NCBI GenBank assembly: GCA_963645005.1
Contig: CAVIRL010000001.1
Span: 1 to 56,924, forward strand
Direction of reading: 5' to 3'
DNA length: 56,924 bases
From: Prevotella sp. P5-108
GTDB taxonomy: Bacteria > Bacillota > Clostridia > Lachnospirales > Lachnospiraceae
The position numbers were made by a program, and so were the translations under genes. Shown here one piece after another: positions 56,575 through 56,924 of the stretch. Within the stretch, counting starts at the first letter, position 1, and each line of letters starts with the position of its first letter. A model generated the notes under the pieces. That model was not told the DNA's origin. It saw nothing but the letters and a program-made list of their open reading frames with translations, and searched no databases.

Positions 56575-56612
56575 ATGGTAATGATTTTACCATTCCGAAT
56601 ATCAAATAGCAA
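56575..56612 (-). promoter_or_regulatory. Promoter of the hybrid kinase with overlapping palindrome
   Basis: TTGCTA-17 nt-TAAAAT (TG extended); ATGGTAA-N5-TTACCAT overlaps the -10 box. Confidence 0.55.
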
Positions 56613-56749
56613 GCTGATCTGCCGACAGGGAATATTACGGGAGTTTTTGATCCATCTGTCCGGCGCACAAGAATAATCACCGACAGGGAATCGTGTTACT
56701 GTTCACGACAACAGACCCGTTCCGCGTCCGTCTATGAACTCTTTGTGAA

Positions 56750-56782
56750 TTTAAGGTTCTTTTAAGCTTTGCCTCTTATACT
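56750..56782 (+). promoter_or_regulatory. CiaR-type direct-repeat box plus -10
   Basis: TTTAAG-N5-TTTAAG, then 10 nt, then TATACT. Confidence 0.65.
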
Positions 56783-56826
56783 TGGCATCATCAAACAAAA
56801 ACAAGCAGAATCAGGAGAATAAAGAA

Positions 56827-56924
56827 ATGAGAAAACGAGCACTTATCTACATGATCATGGCGGGAACCCTGGCTTTGTCCGGATGCAAGGCCACATCCCA
56901 GAGCACGGAGACCTCCGCAGTGGA
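56827..56924 (+). CDS. Lipoprotein, 5' end only (runs off window)
   Basis: MRKRALIYMIMAGTLALSGCKATSQSTETS, lipobox LSGC, AGGAG RBS. Confidence 0.75.
   Translation, partial: MRKRALIYMIMAGTLALSGCKATSQSTETSAV

Overview
A 56.9-kb chromosomal window from a Firmicute. Gene content and protein style suggest a Lachnospiraceae/Clostridia gut anaerobe (inference). Almost all genes lie on the minus strand. Left to right: LysR and cold-shock genes; the core rpmG-secE-nusG-rplK-rplA-rplJ-rplL cluster with L1-binding sites and an L10 leader; comF-recD2-mreB(mbl-like); a ~15-kb three-gene cell-surface operon (DUF6273-like secreted protein, GLUG/cell-wall-binding protein, and a ~3500-aa sortase-type SpaA/Cna adhesin with a possible N-terminal thioester domain), with a candidate three-hairpin sRNA just past its 3' end; an ABC-F, an orphan FeoA and an HD hydrolase; an NhaC-like transporter/TIGR04076/aldo-keto reductase operon; tRNA-Gly(CCC); an Opp/Dpp transporter with Ala-Glu epimerase and a beta-lactamase-family serine hydrolase; a rhodanese-TtcA fusion; an MMPL/YhgE-like/cytidylate-kinase-like cluster with divergent TetR; a truncated LuxR; an OmpR/CiaR-like two-component pair; an NRAMP-family transporter; a LysR remnant; a hybrid histidine kinase; and the start of a lipoprotein gene behind a perfect CiaR-type box. 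A ~133-bp MITE/REP-like element (terminal inverted repeat GTAACTGTTCAGTA) occurs as at least six intergenic fragments. I saw no CRISPR array, integrase, transposase or reverse transcriptase. All family assignments come from motif recognition by eye, not from database searches.
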